DNA from: Patescibacteria group bacterium | Lineage (GTDB): Bacteria > Patescibacteriota > Minisyncoccia > Phycocordibacterales > UBA9973 | DNA: 64,000 bases | Reading direction: 5' to 3' | Assembly: GCA_038063515.1 (NCBI GenBank) | Contig: JBBTUY010000002.1 | Location: 65,976 to 129,975, forward strand | Position numbers and translations under genes: made by a program | Notes under the pieces: generated by a model | Databases searched by the model: none | Told to the model about the DNA's origin: nothing | Seen by the model: the letters and a program-made list of their open reading frames with translations, nothing else | Part shown: piece by piece, positions 22,093 to 31,820 of the stretch | Layout of the letters: each line of letters opens with the position of its first letter | How positions within the stretch are numbered: position 1 is the first letter of the stretch

Positions 22093-22152
22093 AAAAAAGA
22101 TGTCTTTTCCCCACTCAAACATGCTGTTTGGTGCGGTGAGGGCATCTTTTTT
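22093..22152. repeat. Hairpin repeat copy 2
   Basis: Direct repeat of 21525-21582. Confidence 0.7.
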
Positions 22153-22159
22153 GCTTTAC

Positions 22160-22188
22160 TTGACTTCATTTAATCTTTGGTATAAGAT
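22160..22188 (+). promoter_or_regulatory. Probable promoter upstream of the 23S-5S unit
   Basis: TTGACT-17-TAAGAT. Confidence 0.5.
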
Positions 22189-23059
22189 GGTATCTATCAG
22201 TATGAATATTACAAGGAACAGTTTAAAAGGCAGGCCCTAGCAGACTTTTCTTTAGTCTGTCGGCCGCCTCGAAAGGCGGTTTTTTTGTTGAAAAGGCAGG
22301 ACGAATGATATTTGAAAATTTAATTCCTGTTCTAATTTCTCACACACTTTTGTGTCTGGGTCTTTTTTAGAGACAGGAGAAATCCTTTATATTTAGTTAC
22401 CAGAGCGGTCTGGATTGTATAGTTTTATAAAATCAAAATTTTTCAAACTGGAAAAGCCAGATACTATTGAAAAATTTTATTTTAAAAAACTATTTATAAT
22501 TAAGTATTAAAGGGTTGTTTTGCCCTGATGTAATGTCAGGGTTTGTGATTTTCAAATTTCTTAACAGGAAATTTAAGGGCGTACGGTGGATGCCTAGACT
22601 TTAAGAGGCGATGAAGGACGTGGCGTAGCTGCGATAAGCTTCGGGGAGGTGTGTAGCAACCTTTGATCCGGAGATCTCCGAATGGGGAAACCCTATCTCG
22701 TAAACCGAGATAATCTAATTTTTTATTTAATTTTAGAAGCATACCCTGGGAAGTGAAACATCTCAGTACCAGGAGGAATAGAGACAAATATGTATTTTCT
22801 GAGTAGCGGCGAGCGAAAAGGAAGAAGCCCAAACCGAAGTAGCAATACTTCGGGGTTGTAAGGTAGTAATGTAGATTTCTAGAAGAGTCAAAAAATAAGT
22901 TATTAGTTGAAGTTCTTGGAAAAGAACACCATAGGGGGTGATAGTCCCGTAAACGAAAATAATTTATCTCTTTTATTACTATTCTTGAGTACCCCAGGAC
23001 ATGAGTGGCCGGGGGGAATCCAGCGGAACTAACCGCTAAGGCTAAATACTCTTAAAGAT

Positions 23060-23096
<37 letters not shown>

Positions 23097-24545
23097 AAGC
23101 CCGATTAGGGTAGTGAAATAGACCTGAAACCGTATGTCTACAAGGAGTTGAACTAGGGCCTCGGCTCTAGAACAGCGTGCCTATTGAAGAATGAGCCAAC
23201 GAGTTTATGCATGTTGCTCGCTAAGCCCGCTAAAAGGGTGGAGCGATAGGGAAACCGAGTGTTAATAGCGCGAAATTAAAGTAGGATGCATAAGACCCGA
23301 AGCCAGGTGAGCTTGCCATGAGCAGGTTGAAGTAGGTCGAAAGACTTATGGAGGACCGAACCGGTAGATCGTACAACGTCTTCGGATGACTTGTGGTAAG
23401 GAGTGAAAAGCTAATCGAACCTGGTAATAGCTGGTTCTCTCCGAAATAGCTTTAGGGCTAGCGTCAAGTGTTTTCTCTGGGGGTAGAGCACTGGAAGGTT
23501 TCGACAGGGAGCAATCTCGCGAAACCTATCAAACTCCGAATACCAGAGACCATAGCTTGGCAGTTACACCGTGGGGGCGAAGCTCCATTGGTGAAAAGGG
23601 AAACAGCCCGGATCTCAATATAAGGTCCCTAAATTCATGCTAAGTGTAAAACAAGAAGGTGAAGTTTCTTTAACAATGAGGAGGTTGGCTTAGAAGCAGC
23701 CATCCTTTAAAGATAGCGTAACAGCTCACTCATCTAGAGATTTTGCGTCGAAAATAATTGGGGCTAAGCATAGTACCGAATTTGAGGATTCGTGAAAAAT
23801 TTATTTTTCACGAATGGTAGGAGAGTGTTCCAATCTGCTGTGAAGCAGGACTCGCGAGAGCCTGTGGAGCGTTTGGAAGTAAGAATGTTGGCACAAGTAA
23901 CCGCAATGATGCTGAGAACGCATCACGTCGAAAGATCAAGGTTTCCTTGGTAATGTCAATCAGCCAAGGGTTAGTCGGGCCTAAGGGAATGGCGAAAGCC
24001 GTACTCGATGGACACAGGGTTAATATTCCCTGACTTTTGTATTTAGTGACGGGAGGACGGAGTGTAGTATGTATCGCTCATTATTGGATTTGAAGTTTGT
24101 GTATTTAGAATGATGTGTAGGAAAATCCGCACGCTGTCTTTAATGACAAATTCAAGGTACATGAAAAGTTTTCGGTCTCGGCCGGGAGCAATGATACAAA
24201 GCACGCTTCCAAGAAAAATCTCTAAACTTATAAATATAGAATCCGTACCGCAAACCGACACAGGTGATCAGGTCGAGTAGACCAAGACGAACGAGTGAGT
24301 GGTCCCCAAGGAACTCGGCAAAAAAGCAGCCGTAACTTCGGGATAAGGCTTGCCCCTATTTATTTAGGGGCCGCAGCGAAAGTATTCCTGGCAACTGTTT
24401 ACCAAAAACACAGCTCCCTGCGAACTCGCAAGAGGATGTATAGGGGGTGACACCTGACCAATGCCAGAAGGTCAAACAACGACGTTGTGAGTAGCAATAT
24501 TTATGGTGATTGTTGTAAGCCCTGGTGAATGTCGGCCGTAACTAT

Positions 24546-25336
24546 AGACAAAACCGTTGTAGTTACGCAAATAAATCTTGCCAAATGCTGGAAACTCTGG
24601 GTCCAATTTACATTGGATAAAAAAGTGTTGATTAGTACGAGCACACGTCGATGTGTCGTGACAATCTAATCACGCAGACAATCAGCAGGAAAGACTTCTG
24701 ATCTAATAAAACATAATGAAAAATATCCCGATCGATATAGGAAACTATATTGCAGGATTTACAGACGGCGAAGGAAGCTTCAATGTCTCAATCAAAAAGA
24801 GATTAGATTATAAAGAAAGTTGGAAATTGACTGCATCGTTCAATATTTCCCAAAAAGATAGAGTTATCCTCTCTTGGATAAAACACATTTTGGGATGTGG
24901 GACATTGCGGGAAAGAAAAGATGGTGTTGTGTATTATGAAGTAACAAATATTACTTCACTACACGATGTTGTCATTCCATTCTTCCGAGTGTATGGTTTT
25001 CGTTCCGCATACAAAAAGAACAATTTTAGAATTTTTTCTCAAATTGTTGAGATGATGCATGCAGGCGAACACAATACCAAGGAAGGATTTCGAAAGGTCT
25101 TGGAGTTAAGAGAAAAACTTAATCCAGGAATTGGACGAAAACGAAAATATACATTACTAAATGTACTAACTTCAGAAGAATCCTCAGAGACTATACGCAA
25201 GACGTTTTCAAATCAATAAATTGGAGTCGACGATTTGAAAATGATGATATAGTCCGACCTCTATGGCGACATAGAGTTAACATGTTTTAGTTTTTATTTG
25301 GTAAACAATAAGTACACATTCATACCTTAAGAAAAG
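24546..25336 (+). mobile_element. Group I intron at 23S position equivalent to E. coli L1917 (791 nt)
   Basis: Interrupts GTAACTAT^AACGGTCC; P1 gtaactat/gtagttac with U-G; P10 accgtt/aacggt; P7 gacta/tagtc; terminal G at 25336. Confidence 0.93.
24716..25219 (+). CDS. Single-motif LAGLIDADG homing endonuclease (intron-encoded)
   Basis: YIAGFTDGEGSF, F.ISQK, LGCG, VIPFF. Confidence 0.93.
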   Translation: MKNIPIDIGNYIAGFTDGEGSFNVSIKKRLDYKESWKLTASFNISQKDRVILSWIKHILGCGTLRERKDGVVYYEVTNITSLHDVVIPFFRVYGFRSAYKKNNFRIFSQIVEMMHAGEHNTKEGFRKVLELREKLNPGIGRKRKYTLLNVLTSEESSETIRKTFSNQ

Positions 25337-25920
25337 AACGGTCCTAAGGTAGCGAAATACCTTGTCGGGTAAGTTCCGACGCGCACGAATGGTGTAATGA
25401 CTGGGAAACTGTCTCGGGGACCAGCTCGGTGAAAATACAATACCGGTGAAGATGCCGGTTAAGTGCAGTTAGACGAAAAGACCCTAGAAGCTTTACTATA
25501 ACTTGATATTGAGCATGTTTTTAAAATGCGTAGAATAGATGGGAGAGGTTTGAGGTATGCGGTTTCGGCTGTGTTCTACTCGTCAGTGAAATACCATTCT
25601 TTTTGAAGGCATGTTCTAACCAATACGGCAAAAACGTATTGAGACAGTATCTGGTGGATAGTTTTACTGGGGCTGTACCCTCCTAAAGAGTAAAGGAGGG
25701 GTTTAAAGGTAAGCTAGGCGCGAATGGAAACCGTGCCGATAGTGTAATGGCACAAGCTTGCTTGACTGTAAGGGGTACATCCCGAGCAGGTACGAAAGTA
25801 GAACATAGTGAACCGACCATACGTATTAGATGCGGTGGAAGATTAACGGATAAAAGCTACTCTAGGGATAACAGGCTAGTTCCGCCCAAGAGTTCATATC
25901 GACGGCGGAGTTCGGCACCT

Positions 25921-26716
25921 TAACACATCGGGGTGCCATGCGAGGAATCGCATGCAAAAAATTTGGCTTATAACGGTGGACGCCATATAATAAGATATAT
26001 GGTCAATACCGTGGGAAGTCTTACAGGATTTGAACGATCCCTCATTGTTGGATCGCTCTTAGGAGATGGGTATATGAGAATTATACCTGGCAGATCTAAT
26101 GCATTTTTAGAAATTAATCATTCTATAAAAGCAAAAGAATATGTTGATTATAAATACCAATCTTTAAAAAGATTGTGTGAATCAGCTCCAAAAGAACGGA
26201 ACACAAATGAAGGTCGAGTTGCATATAGATTTTTTACTAAACAAAGTGAAGAATTAACTAAATTATACAATCAATTTTACAAGAATAATAAAAAAATTAT
26301 TCCAAAAGATTTGATTTTAGATGGAGTTACACTTGCTGTTTGGTATATGGATGACGGCAGTAAATGTCGTGATCATGACATCTATCTCAACACGCAACAG
26401 TTTTCAATTAATGATCAAAAAATACTCTTGTCTAAACTTCGAAACATCAGTATCGATGCTCGACTTAATAAAGATAAAAAATATTATAGAATCAGAATAT
26501 TGAAAACAAGTATAAAAACGTTTATGGAAATAATTTCTCCACATATTTTTACTTCGATGCGATACAAATTAGTAATGACCCCGTAGAGACTTGTTCTTAA
26601 CTGAACGGAGTGTTCCATATACGGAATGCTAACACGCCAACTCCAACACTTTGATTGATATCAAAGAAGGAAGAAGATATAGTCCATCCCATTGGTAACA
26701 ATGGATTACACGACAG
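25921..26716 (+). mobile_element. Group I intron at 23S position equivalent to E. coli L2500 (796 nt)
   Basis: Interrupts GGCACCT^CGATGTCGG; P1 ggcacct/gggtgcc; P10 acatcg/cgatgt; P7 gact/agtc; terminal G at 26716. Confidence 0.93.
25999..26586 (+). CDS. Two-motif LAGLIDADG (LAGLIDADG_2-type) homing endonuclease
   Basis: IVGSLLGDG and LAVWYMDDG motifs, LNTQQF; ATG at 25999 preferred. Confidence 0.9.
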   Translation: MVNTVGSLTGFERSLIVGSLLGDGYMRIIPGRSNAFLEINHSIKAKEYVDYKYQSLKRLCESAPKERNTNEGRVAYRFFTKQSEELTKLYNQFYKNNKKIIPKDLILDGVTLAVWYMDDGSKCRDHDIYLNTQQFSINDQKILLSKLRNISIDARLNKDKKYYRIRILKTSIKTFMEIISPHIFTSMRYKLVMTP

Positions 26717-26809
26717 CGATGTCGGCTCACCTTAGCGCGGTGGCGGAGAAGCTACCAAGCGTTTGGCTGTTCGCCAATTAAAAAGGTACGCGAGCTGGGT
26801 TCAGACCGT

Positions 26810-27153
26810 TAAGATCATAAATAAAATTGTGATTTTGACAGTTTGAACCCTCAGAGGAAGAGAGAACTTGAAAAAGAACTTAAACTGTTTTAATTGAAGA
26901 CAACCACGTGCATCGCATTAATTTGCTTTGGCACATCACGGCGGTCCTAAATATTTATATTTAGGAAGAAGTCGGGGTTTTCGGAGGAATCCTATTCGTG
27001 AAAACGAAGGACAACACCGAGAAGAATCTCATATTTTTTTGATTTTCTTTGTAGAGACTACAAACCGACCTTCGATTTTATATTGAAGAATGTATAGTCC
27101 AATCCACACAGTAATGTGTGAAAAATTTTATTTTAAAAATAAAATTATAGATG
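26810..27153 (+). mobile_element. ORF-less group I intron at 23S position equivalent to E. coli L2593 (344 nt)
   Basis: Interrupts CAGACCGT^CGTGAGAC; guide tcacg-gcggtc at 26936-26946 pairs with both exons; P7 gacta/tagtc; terminal G at 27153. Confidence 0.9.
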
Positions 27154-27205
27154 CGTGAGACAGGTTGGTCTCCTATCTACTGCACTCGTTGATTCTTGAG
27201 AAGAT

Positions 27206-27236
<31 letters not shown>

Positions 27237-27562
27237 TGACCTCTGGTGTATCAGCTGTCCTGCCAAGGGCAATGCTGAGTAGCTATGTCGGGAATGGATA
27301 ACCTCTGAAAGCATCTAAGAGGGAAGCCAGCTTCAAGATTAGGAATCGTTAAGAACCCTGAGAGATGATCAGGTTGATAGGCTTTAAGTGTAAGCGCAGT
27401 AATGCGTTCAGCTGAGAAGTACTAATGTTTCGATTCCTGTTAAGAAATTTGGAAATCACAATAAAATTTAAATCTTGATACTAGCTTTACTAGTACTAAG
27501 ACTTTCAATTCCAATAAAAAAGTTTTGGAAATCACAATAAAAATATAGAACTTGAATATAAT

Positions 27563-27671
<109 letters not shown>

Positions 27672-27684
27672 AATGTATTTAAGG

Positions 27685-27716
27685 AAAAAGCCAGTAAGAA
27701 ATTACTGGCTTTTTTA
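27685..27716. terminator. Bidirectional terminator after 5S
   Basis: aaaaagccagtaa/ttactggcttttt. Confidence 0.8.
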
Positions 27717-27770
27717 TTGTATTTGTGGTGTTTTTGTGTAATATCAAGAATAGAAAGGAGATTTTTAGTT

Positions 27771-27887
27771 ATGACTCCAAAACAAAAACTTTTTTGGAAA
27801 TTAGGGTTCACGATAACCTTAATCGTTACTGCTTACAAGGTCATTGAATTGTCGACCTTACTACAGAAGTTTACAGTGGCCCCTTGA
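27771..27887 (+). CDS. 38-aa single-TM peptide with its own promoter and SD
   Basis: AAAGGAG 10 nt upstream; MTPKQKLFWKLGFTITLIVTAYKVIELSTLLQKFTVAP. Confidence 0.5.
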   Translation: MTPKQKLFWKLGFTITLIVTAYKVIELSTLLQKFTVAP

Positions 27888-27977
27888 GGGCTGTCGTAGG
27901 CTTTACTAATTAAACAACATATCCTTATTCTGTCAACACAATTTTGTTTTGACTAATAATTTTAATATTATTTTAGA

Positions 27978-28008
27978 AATTTGACTTTTTATACCAATTT
28001 GCTAGTAT
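27978..28008 (+). promoter_or_regulatory. sigma70 promoter of the rpsS-rplE unit
   Basis: TTGACT-16-TAGTAT with TGn extension; 27 bp identical to 32094-32120. Confidence 0.7.
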
Positions 28009-28048
28009 TGTATGCAAGCTCGTAAGAGCTTTTTATTTAGTTAAAAAT

Positions 28049-28396
28049 ATGACCAGATCAATCAAAAAAGGCTTAAATGTAGACGAGAGGATATTAAAGA
28101 AAATATCCGGTAAAAACGCGCTTGATACAGCTATTGTTAAGGTGTGGAATAGGGCGTGTGTCATTTCTCCTGAAATGCTTGGTTTTAAGTTTGGTGTATA
28201 TAACGGGAAGACTCATATAGAAGTTTTAGTTACTGAAGATATGGTGGGACACAAGCTTGGTGAGTTTTCCCCAACAAAGAAATTCATGAAACACGGAGGT
28301 AAGATGCAGAAAGAGCTAGAACAGAAGAAAAAGGAAGCTGAAATAACAGCAGCAAAGTCTGCTACAGCCGCAGCTACTGACGCAAAGAAGAAATAA
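28049..28396 (+). CDS. rpsS: 30S ribosomal protein S19
   Basis: RSIKKG, VYNGK, MVGHKLGEFSPT. Confidence 0.97.
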   Translation: MTRSIKKGLNVDERILKKISGKNALDTAIVKVWNRACVISPEMLGFKFGVYNGKTHIEVLVTEDMVGHKLGEFSPTKKFMKHGGKMQKELEQKKKEAEITAAKSATAAATDAKKK

Positions 28397-28421
28397 TCCT
28401 TAAGTCATTTAAATATAAAAC

Positions 28422-28832
28422 ATGAAAGCATTTTTAAAAAATTATAGACAATCTCCACGAAAAGTTCGCCTCGTGGCAGGACTAGTAAAGAGAAAGAGTG
28501 TAAATGAAGCCATAGCCGAGCTAGACTTTTTGGCTAAGCGTGCTGGTTTTCCTATACGAAAGCTTTTATTGTCTGCAGTTGCAAATGCGAGAAATTCTGG
28601 CAAAGAAGTTGAGAATTTATTCATAAAAGAACTTCAAGTAGACAAAGGTGTAACTCTAAAGAGAATGATGCCAGCTGCTATGGGTACAGGTCACAGGATA
28701 AACAAGCGTACAAGTCACATAACTCTGACACTCGGAGAGAAGTTTCCTAAGGCAGAGAAGAAAGTAAAAGATAAAGCAGAAAAATCTAAGAAAACACCAA
28801 AGGTTGCAAAAGTAACTAAAGCAAAGAAATAA
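28422..28832 (+). CDS. rplV: 50S ribosomal protein L22
   Basis: SPRKVRLV, SAVANA, KRTSHIT. Confidence 0.97.
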   Translation: MKAFLKNYRQSPRKVRLVAGLVKRKSVNEAIAELDFLAKRAGFPIRKLLLSAVANARNSGKEVENLFIKELQVDKGVTLKRMMPAAMGTGHRINKRTSHITLTLGEKFPKAEKKVKDKAEKSKKTPKVAKVTKAKK

Positions 28833-28833
28833 T

Positions 28834-29532
28834 ATGTCAAAAATAGTACATCCATATGCACATAGATTAGTTATACTCCGAGACTGGAAGTCCCGCTGGT
28901 TTGCTGATCCTAAGAAATACGTAGTTTACTTAAAAGGTGACGTCTTAATACGACAGTACTTAGAAAAGAAGCTTCGTGGTATGTATGTTTCCAGTATTGA
29001 AATAGAGAGAAGTAGAAAGGCTACTAGATTTATCATAAAGACTTCAAGACCAGGACTTATCATCGGTAGAAATGGTGAAGGTGCTACAAAGTTAAAAGAA
29101 GACATCTTGAAAAAGATGGACAAGCTTAAGATAGCAAAGCCAGAAGATTTCAAGCTTGAGGTTGTGGAAGTTGCAAACCCAGAAGCTGATGCAAATATCG
29201 TAGCCTACATGATTGCTGAAGGACTCGAAAAGAGAATGCCATACCGTCGTGTAGTAAAAAGTATCATAGAGAAAGTCATGAATGCACGTGGAGTACTCGG
29301 AGCAAGAGTTGTACTCTCAGGTCGCCTTGGTGGTGCTGAGATAGCGCGTACAGAGGAGCTAAAGCGTGGGTCAGTACCTCTACAGAGTTTTCGTGCAGAT
29401 ATTGATTTTAAGCGTGAAAGAGCAACACTTTCATACGGTGTTGTCGGAATAAAGGTCTGGATTTACAGAGGAAAGATATTTGCTGACAAAAAACCTGCAC
29501 GTTCTTCAGGTGGAACAGAAATTAAGAATTAA
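28834..29532 (+). CDS. rpsC: 30S ribosomal protein S3
   Basis: RPGLIIGR, GRLGGAEIAR, YGVVGIKVWI. Confidence 0.97.
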   Translation: MSKIVHPYAHRLVILRDWKSRWFADPKKYVVYLKGDVLIRQYLEKKLRGMYVSSIEIERSRKATRFIIKTSRPGLIIGRNGEGATKLKEDILKKMDKLKIAKPEDFKLEVVEVANPEADANIVAYMIAEGLEKRMPYRRVVKSIIEKVMNARGVLGARVVLSGRLGGAEIARTEELKRGSVPLQSFRADIDFKRERATLSYGVVGIKVWIYRGKIFADKKPARSSGGTEIKN

Positions 29533-29541
29533 TTAATTACC

Positions 29542-29970
29542 ATGCTTACACCAAAGAAAGTAAAATTTAGAAAATGGCAGACTGCAAGGAGTAATCCTAA
29601 GACCAGAACTCCTGAGACACGAGGCACAAAGCTTGCCTTTGGATCTTTTGGATTGAAGGCTGAGACACAGGCACGTGTGAAGTCTATACAGATAGAAGCT
29701 GCTCGAAAAGTTATTTCTCGTACACTCACTAAGGCTGGTAAATACTGGATTCGTATTTTCCCTGATCGTCCTTTTACAAGTAAGGCTGCAGAAGTGGGAA
29801 TGGGAAAGGGTAAGGGAGATCCACAGGGCTACTGTTTTGACGTATATCCTGGACGTATCATATTTGAAGTAGACGGAGTAGATGAAAAGACTGCTCATGA
29901 AGCATTACGAAAAGCTGGAAGTAAGCTTCCTTTAAAGGTCAGAATAATTTCACGAGTTCACAAACAATAA
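29542..29970 (+). CDS. rplP: 50S ribosomal protein L16
   Basis: QIEAAR, WIRIFPD, MGKGKG. Confidence 0.97.
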   Translation: MLTPKKVKFRKWQTARSNPKTRTPETRGTKLAFGSFGLKAETQARVKSIQIEAARKVISRTLTKAGKYWIRIFPDRPFTSKAAEVGMGKGKGDPQGYCFDVYPGRIIFEVDGVDEKTAHEALRKAGSKLPLKVRIISRVHKQ

Positions 29971-29979
29971 TACAATTAT

Positions 29980-30168
29980 ATGGCTAAAAAATTAAAGGAA
30001 AATTTAAATAAAATGACAAAGGATGAGCTTAAAAAAGAGCTTAATACGATAGAAGAAAAGCTTCGACTTATTAGATTTAAAGCTGAAGGAGCAAAATCTA
30101 AAAACGTGAAAGAATACGGAGCTTTAAAGAAGACTGTTGCTCGAATTTTGACAGCTTTGAATAAATAA
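29980..30168 (+). CDS. rpmC: 50S ribosomal protein L29
   Basis: Operon position; KKTVARILT. Confidence 0.9.
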   Translation: MAKKLKENLNKMTKDELKKELNTIEEKLRLIRFKAEGAKSKNVKEYGALKKTVARILTALNK

Positions 30169-30173
30169 AATTT

Positions 30174-30440
30174 ATGAAAACTAAAACAACAACAAAAGAA
30201 AATACAACAAAGAAAGGCAATATTTTAAAAGGTATAGTTTCTTCTGACAAGATGGACAAGACTGTTGTAGTCGCTGTTTCAAGATTTGTAAAGCATCCTT
30301 TATATGGTAAGTTTTACAAAGTGAGCAAGAAGTACAAAGCTCATGATGAGAACAATACTTTTAAGAAAGGTGATACAGTAGAAATAATGGAAACACGACC
30401 AATTTCAAAAGATAAAAGATTTAAAGTATTAGAGAAATAA
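30174..30440 (+). CDS. rpsQ: 30S ribosomal protein S17
   Basis: SDKMDKT, HPLYGK, ETRPISK. Confidence 0.97.
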   Translation: MKTKTTTKENTTKKGNILKGIVSSDKMDKTVVVAVSRFVKHPLYGKFYKVSKKYKAHDENNTFKKGDTVEIMETRPISKDKRFKVLEK

Positions 30441-30444
30441 TTTT

Positions 30445-30816
30445 ATGATACAAAACGAAACATTAGTAAAAATAACAGACAACGCTGGAGGCACCGTAGG
30501 AAAGGTGTTCAAGATTTTAGGTTCTTCTAAAAAGCGTTATGCAAGTCTCGGTGAGATAGTCATTATCTCAGTGAAGGTAGCAAGTCCTAGAAAGGGTGTA
30601 AAGAAGAAGGATGTCCATCAGGCTGTCGTTGTACGTACTCGTGGTGCATTTAGACGCCGTGACGGATCTTATATTCGTTTTGATGACAACGCTGTTGTGA
30701 TTTTAGAAAAAGGTAAAAAGGATCCAAAGGCAGGACGTGTTTTCGGTCCTATTCCTCGCGAGCTTGCTGAGAAAGGTTTCCAGAAGATAATTTCTCTTGC
30801 ACCGGAGGTTATTTAA
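30445..30816 (+). CDS. rplN: 50S ribosomal protein L14
   Basis: DGSYIRFDDNA, RVFGPIPREL, SLAPEV. Confidence 0.97.
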   Translation: MIQNETLVKITDNAGGTVGKVFKILGSSKKRYASLGEIVIISVKVASPRKGVKKKDVHQAVVVRTRGAFRRRDGSYIRFDDNAVVILEKGKKDPKAGRVFGPIPRELAEKGFQKIISLAPEVI

Positions 30817-30822
30817 TAAACT

Positions 30823-30860
30823 TGTTAGGCAAGACCTAACATGTTAGGTCTTGCCTAACA
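30823..30860. repeat. 38-bp perfect palindrome (inverted doublet of a short hairpin unit)
   Basis: tgttaggcaagacctaaca + tgttaggtcttgcctaaca. Confidence 0.75.
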
Positions 30861-30880
30861 GACAGAATAATAAAAATACA

Positions 30881-31186
30881 ATGAAATTAAAAAAAGGAGA
30901 CAACATAATAATAACCACAGGCAAGGACAAAGGCAAAAAGAGCAAGATTATTCGTGTTTTAGTAAAAGAAAATAAGGTCATCGTAGAAGGTGCAAACCTC
31001 ATGAAGCGTCACCAGAAGCCACGAAGACAGGGTGAAAAAGGTGGTATCAAAGACATAGAGATGCCTATCAATGCTTCAAATGTTATGGTTGTAGATCCTA
31101 AAAGTGGCAAGGCTACCCGTGTAGGTAAAAAGAAAATAGGTGACAAGATGGTCCGTATTTCGAGAAAGAGCAATCAAGAAATTTAA
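30881..31186 (+). CDS. rplX: 50S ribosomal protein L24
   Basis: KKGD..GKDKGK KOW motif, PINASNV; ATG at 30881. Confidence 0.96.
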   Translation: MKLKKGDNIIITTGKDKGKKSKIIRVLVKENKVIVEGANLMKRHQKPRRQGEKGGIKDIEMPINASNVMVVDPKSGKATRVGKKKIGDKMVRISRKSNQEI

Positions 31187-31199
31187 ATAAGTAAAATAT

Positions 31200-31748
31200 A
31201 TGAAACACCTAACAGTAAAAGAAAAAGAGGCTACAGTATTTGAGAAAATGAAAAGTGATTTTCATTACAAAAATGTCATGGCTGCACCACGACTACAAAA
31301 AATAGTGATCAATGTCGGCACAGGTACTATGATCAAGAAAGACAAGAATAAAAACGACACCATTGGAGCTCGTCTTGCAAAGATCACAGGTCAGGAGCCT
31401 TCTAAAAGGGGAGCAAAGAAATCTATCGCATCTTTTAAAGTTCGTCAGGGTGACCCTATAGGCGTCATGGTGACACTTCGTGGCAAGCGTATGTATGCAT
31501 TCCTAGAAAAGCTTATAAATGTAGCTCTTCCTCGAACAAAAGATTTCCGAGGTATACAGAGAAGTGTCGTAGACAACATAGGTAACCTCACTATAGGTAT
31601 CAAAGAACACACTATTTTCCCCGAAACTGCTGACGAAGACATAAAAGACGTTTTCGGTATGTCTATCACTGTAGTTTCATCAGCAAAAACTAAAAAAGAA
31701 GGCACTGCCTTTTTTGAGCTTCTTGGTATTCCGTTTAAGAAAGAATAA
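31200..31748 (+). CDS. rplE: 50S ribosomal protein L5
   Basis: KIVINVG, ITGQ, VTLRG, LPRTKDFRG, IFPE. Confidence 0.97.
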   Translation: MKHLTVKEKEATVFEKMKSDFHYKNVMAAPRLQKIVINVGTGTMIKKDKNKNDTIGARLAKITGQEPSKRGAKKSIASFKVRQGDPIGVMVTLRGKRMYAFLEKLINVALPRTKDFRGIQRSVVDNIGNLTIGIKEHTIFPETADEDIKDVFGMSITVVSSAKTKKEGTAFFELLGIPFKKE

Positions 31749-31820
31749 AATAAAGCCTGCTTTTTTATTGTTCTTTTATATTATAACACGAATATCAAAA
31801 AAGTAAAGTTTAACTAAATG

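Noticed and set aside
25933-25998. N-terminal extension of the second endonuclease from the GTG at 25933
   Set aside because: It lies in P1/P2 of the intron; ATG at 25999 fits the LAGLIDADG domain start better
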